Below are positions 55,310 through 58,398 of a DNA stretch of 58,398 nucleotides, piece after piece; within the stretch, counting starts at the first letter, position 1; each line of letters starts with the position of its first letter. The stretch covers positions 1 to 58,398 of the IMG/VR virus record IMGVR_UViG_3300003971_000004; one strand, given 5' to 3'. The position numbers were made by a program, and so were the translations under genes. The notes under the pieces are model-generated. The model ran no database searches. It was not told where the DNA came from and worked only from the letters and a program-made list of their open reading frames with translations. The DNA comes from a virus (lineage: Duplodnaviria; Caudoviricetes).

Positions 55310-56914
55310 ATGATGCAGTCCATTCCGCTGAACCGGCTGACCCGGTCCGACCTCAATGTCCGCAAGACGAACCCGGCCGAGGACGTCGAAGGCCTCGCCG
55401 ATGACATCGCGGCGCGCGGCCTGAAACAGAACCTGGTCGCAATCGCGACGACGGACGCCGATCAGTTCGAGGTCGTCGCCGGCGGGCGGCGCTTCGCAGC
55501 CCTCAAGCTGCTGGTCGAGCGCGGCGAGCTGCCCCCGGAGTTCGAGGTGCCGGTGCTGATCGAGGCGCAGGAGCAGGGCGTCGAGACTTCGCTGGCGGAG
55601 AACATCCAGAAGGTCGCGATGAACCCCGCGGATGAGTTCCTCGCGTTCTCGACCATCATTGACCAGACCGAGGGCGACGACGCGGCGCGTATCGCGCACT
55701 GCGCGCGGCGGTTCGGCGTCACCGAGCGGCATGTGCGCGGGCGCCTCCGTCTCGCCAATCTCGATGAGGCGATCCTCGGTGCGCTCCGCGAGGGGGTGAT
55801 CGGTCTCGGCTCCGCTGAGGCCTATGCCTCGGTGGATGACGCTGACCTCCAGGCCAAGGTGTTCGCCGATCAGTCGAAGTCGAATTACAAGCCGCACGAT
55901 CCCGCCAGCATCCGGGAGGCTCTGAGGAACAAGACCTATAGCGCGTCGGACAAGCGGGTCCGCTTCGTGGGCCTCGACGACTATCTCGCAGCGGGGGGGC
56001 GGACCGACATCGACCTGTTTTCGATCGATGCCAGCGAGCGGGTTGTCGACACCAAGCTTCTGGACAAGCTTTTCAAGGATAAGCTGGACGTCGAGCTTCC
56101 GAAGTTCGCGAAGAAGCACAAGCTCGAGAGCGTCACCTTCGTCCAGACCGCCTATGCCTCGCTGCCTGCGCCGGAGGGATGGACGACCGTTTATGATCAC
56201 CGCGGCGAGATCCGCGCTCAGCGGAAGGCGGACAAGCTCCCGACCCGCGCGGGCGTCTGGCTCGACGAAGACCTGAAGCTCCAGATCGGCTCCCACCTGC
56301 TGGTCCCAGCTGATCCAGTCGAGGAGGGCGAGGAGCGCCGTCAGTTGTCCGAGGAAGAGCGCGCCGCCCTCCGCGCCGCGGGAGAGCGCGAGCGCGCGAT
56401 CGATCTCGAAGCGTTCCGCCTCGCCTTTCCGAAGTGTGCCGGGTCGCCGCTGGAAAACCGGGTGTTCATGCCCGCACTGGGCCGCTGGGCTCGGATCACC
56501 GAACAGGACGACGACATCTTTCTCGAGGTCAGCGTCCGTGTCTCGCGCGAGGAATTCGAGGCGCAGCGCGACGCCGCGACGGTCGTCTATGACGAAGCGC
56601 TGGCCGAGCAGGAACGTCAGCGGATCGCTGCGGCCGAAGAGGCGGAGCGGGCGCGCGAGGAACTGATCGCCAACCCGCCAGCCGTGGTCGAGACGAACCT
56701 TCTTGGGGGCACGATCTTCTACCGCTGGGCCGACGGTTCCTATGCCGATGCGCCCGAGGCGTCGGATGGCGGCGAGGAAGACGAAGCCGAGTACAGCTTC
56801 GAAGCGATCGCTGACCTGATGAACGACGTCGGTATCCTCTCGCACTATCCGTCCATTGAGGCCTTCCGCGAGGCAACCGCAGCTGCGGAGGCTGAGGGCG
56901 AGGACGCCTCCTGA
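55310..56914 (+). CDS. Large ParB/RepB/Spo0J-domain protein (plasmid-type)
   Basis: NVRKT, GLKQNL, VVAGGRRFAAL, SLAENIQKVAMNPADE, RFGVTERHVRGRLRLA. Confidence 0.88.
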   Translation: MMQSIPLNRLTRSDLNVRKTNPAEDVEGLADDIAARGLKQNLVAIATTDADQFEVVAGGRRFAALKLLVERGELPPEFEVPVLIEAQEQGVETSLAENIQKVAMNPADEFLAFSTIIDQTEGDDAARIAHCARRFGVTERHVRGRLRLANLDEAILGALREGVIGLGSAEAYASVDDADLQAKVFADQSKSNYKPHDPASIREALRNKTYSASDKRVRFVGLDDYLAAGGRTDIDLFSIDASERVVDTKLLDKLFKDKLDVELPKFAKKHKLESVTFVQTAYASLPAPEGWTTVYDHRGEIRAQRKADKLPTRAGVWLDEDLKLQIGSHLLVPADPVEEGEERRQLSEEERAALRAAGERERAIDLEAFRLAFPKCAGSPLENRVFMPALGRWARITEQDDDIFLEVSVRVSREEFEAQRDAATVVYDEALAEQERQRIAAAEEAERAREELIANPPAVVETNLLGGTIFYRWADGSYADAPEASDGGEEDEAEYSFEAIADLMNDVGILSHYPSIEAFREATAAAEAEGEDAS

Positions 56915-57037
56915 ATGGGATCGGCCCGGCTTCGTGATCGCCGGGCGGATGTCCAACCTCAGAAGGGCGCGGCCTGACCAGCCGCAACGGGGGTGACAGC
57001 ACGGAGAGCACGGCAACGCAATTCAGAGGACGCGAAG

Positions 57038-57226
57038 ATGACTGCCCCGGCCCGGTTCAAGCAAGAGGATGTCAAGCGCGCTGTCGCCGGCGCCCTGGGT
57101 GCGGGGCTGCGTGTAGGGCGGGTTGAAATCACGCCAGATGGGCGGATCGTGGTGCACACCGATTCGGAGGCCGCACCGTCGGCCGCTGAACCGGGCAACC
57201 CCTGGGACCGCGAGCTGAAACGATGA
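57038..57226 (+). CDS. Putative excisionase
   Basis: ARFKQEDVKRAV...VEITPDGRIVV...NPWD; ATGA-coupled to the integrase. Confidence 0.7.
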   Translation: MTAPARFKQEDVKRAVAGALGAGLRVGRVEITPDGRIVVHTDSEAAPSAAEPGNPWDRELKR

Positions 57227-58398
57227 CGAACAAGCGCCAGTTGAAATCGAACCGTTTCTTGCCCGAGTACGTGACGCGCTATCGCGACCGGCATGGCAAG
57301 TGGCGGTATCGCTTCCGCCGCGCCGGGTTCCCCGGCGGCCATTTCACAGCACCGCTCGGCACCGAGGCCTTCCGCGAGGAGTATGCCCGGTTCAACGACC
57401 CCGCCGCACCGTCGAAAGCTGCGCGCGAGTCCGCCCAGGCGCGGATCATCCCCGGAAGCGCGGGCGACCTGCAGCATCGCTATTACTCGGTTCCGGAGCG
57501 CTTGGGGCCGACGGAGCAGACGCAGATTAAGGTCAAGTCAGTCTTGGATCGAGGCTTCTTCGATGGCCGGACGGCATGGCCTGTCGCGGGCATCACCTTC
57601 GAGCACATCGACGCGATGGTCGCCGCACGGAAGGTCAAGTTCAAGAACGAGGAAACGAACCGCTGGGAGGGCGGGATCGAGGCGGCAAAGAAGCTCCGGA
57701 AGGAGCTGGTGCGGCTGTTCGACTTCGCGATCAAGACGAAGCTGATGAACACCAATCCGGCCGCGCAATCCCAGCAGGTCAAGGTGCCGGCGGGCGAGCG
57801 CTCAACTGGGTTCTATGCGTGGACCGAGGAAGACATCCTGGCATACCGCGCGCGCTGGGCGCTCGGCACGAAGCAGCGCCTCGCCATGGAGCTGATGCTC
57901 TGGACCGATCAGCGGAAGATCGATGCGATCCACCTCGGACGCCAGCATATCCGCGGGGGGAAGTTCGTCATCCGCCAAACCAAGACCGGTAAGACGCTGA
58001 CCCTCCCGATCGCCGCGCCTCTGGCCAACGCGATCGCCGCGATGCCGCCGTCCGATCATCTCTGCTTCATCATGACCGAGTGGGGGAAGCCCTTCTCGGT
58101 GAAGGGTTTCGGCGGGTGGTTCCGCGAGCAATGCGATGCCGCCGGCCTCAGCCAATGCACCGCGCACGGCCTTCGCAAGGCGACGATGCGCCGCATGGCG
58201 GAGCTGGAAATGCCGAACAAGAGCATGAAGTCGGTGAGCGGCCACAGCAAGGACGACGAGGTCGCGCGCTACACCGCGACAGCCAACCAGGCGAAACTCG
58301 CGGATGCGGCGATCAAGCGGTTGGTGGAATGGGAAATGTCTAACCCTGTTCCGGGGTTAGACACTGATATGGAGCAAAGCCTTGGAAATGCGAGCTAA
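57223..58398 (+). CDS. int: Tyrosine integrase
   Basis: R (DQRK), K (QTKTG), HGLR, SGH, Y (VARY); N-terminal DRHGKWRYRFRR. Confidence 0.95.
   Translation: MTNKRQLKSNRFLPEYVTRYRDRHGKWRYRFRRAGFPGGHFTAPLGTEAFREEYARFNDPAAPSKAARESAQARIIPGSAGDLQHRYYSVPERLGPTEQTQIKVKSVLDRGFFDGRTAWPVAGITFEHIDAMVAARKVKFKNEETNRWEGGIEAAKKLRKELVRLFDFAIKTKLMNTNPAAQSQQVKVPAGERSTGFYAWTEEDILAYRARWALGTKQRLAMELMLWTDQRKIDAIHLGRQHIRGGKFVIRQTKTGKTLTLPIAAPLANAIAAMPPSDHLCFIMTEWGKPFSVKGFGGWFREQCDAAGLSQCTAHGLRKATMRRMAELEMPNKSMKSVSGHSKDDEVARYTATANQAKLADAAIKRLVEWEMSNPVPGLDTDMEQSLGNAS
58337..58363. repeat. Inverted repeat in the integrase 3' end (possible att-arm site)
   Basis: TGTCTAACCC-N7-GGGTTAGACA. Confidence 0.55.

Larger units (their letters stand above)
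1..58398. mobile_element. Temperate prophage (siphovirus-like, lambdoid organisation); att sites not visible inside the window
   Basis: Contiguous lysis, tail, head, packaging, replication, immunity, recombination and integrase modules; no host housekeeping genes seen. Confidence 0.95.

Noticed and set aside
5868-57016. Long antisense ORFs (e.g. 5868-7754, 19814-21541, 21310-23265, 51814-53739, 55271-57016)
   Set aside because: Shadow frames of real genes in high-GC DNA, with no motifs or RBS
1-58398. Frequent CGATCG/GATC words
   Set aside because: They appear throughout coding sequence and look like host-wide composition; not counted, and no local structure seen
1-58398. tRNA, rRNA or attL/attR direct repeats
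   Set aside because: None recognised by eye; the window ends at gene boundaries, so att sites probably lie outside

Overview
The window is an apparently near-complete temperate siphovirus-type prophage. High GC and the gene content point to an alphaproteobacterial, probably sphingomonad, host; that is inference. It starts at the ATG of a small regulator and ends at the stop of a tyrosine integrase. Left to right: a minus-strand late operon (read right to left: two ParB-domain genes, terminases, portal-MuF fusion, protease/scaffold, capsid, connectors, tail tube, chaperones with a likely -1 frameshift, tape measure, GTA-like tail tip, SGNH tailspike, holin/GH108 endolysin/spanins); a ~10 kb accessory block (higBA, DUF4942-type methyltransferase, ParB, YobI-type P-loop NTPase, trypsin-like protease, exported proteins); a minus-strand early/replication operon (cro, cII-like, GapR-like, Acb2/Tad1-like, RuvC-like, DnaB, DUF1376 initiator with iterons, late regulator); cI with operators; and a plus-strand early operon (RecT, HerA-like ATPase, ParB, xis, int). 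The most unusual signal is a dispersed regulon. Five hairpins share the loop CTACCAA: four fold over the Shine-Dalgarno of accessory genes, and one has no start codon and sits in a three-hairpin RNA-like element. Three promoters share the pattern TGCTTTRM-N17-TAGAGT. Several target genes resemble plasmid leading-region families. Family assignments come from motif recognition only; no searches were run.
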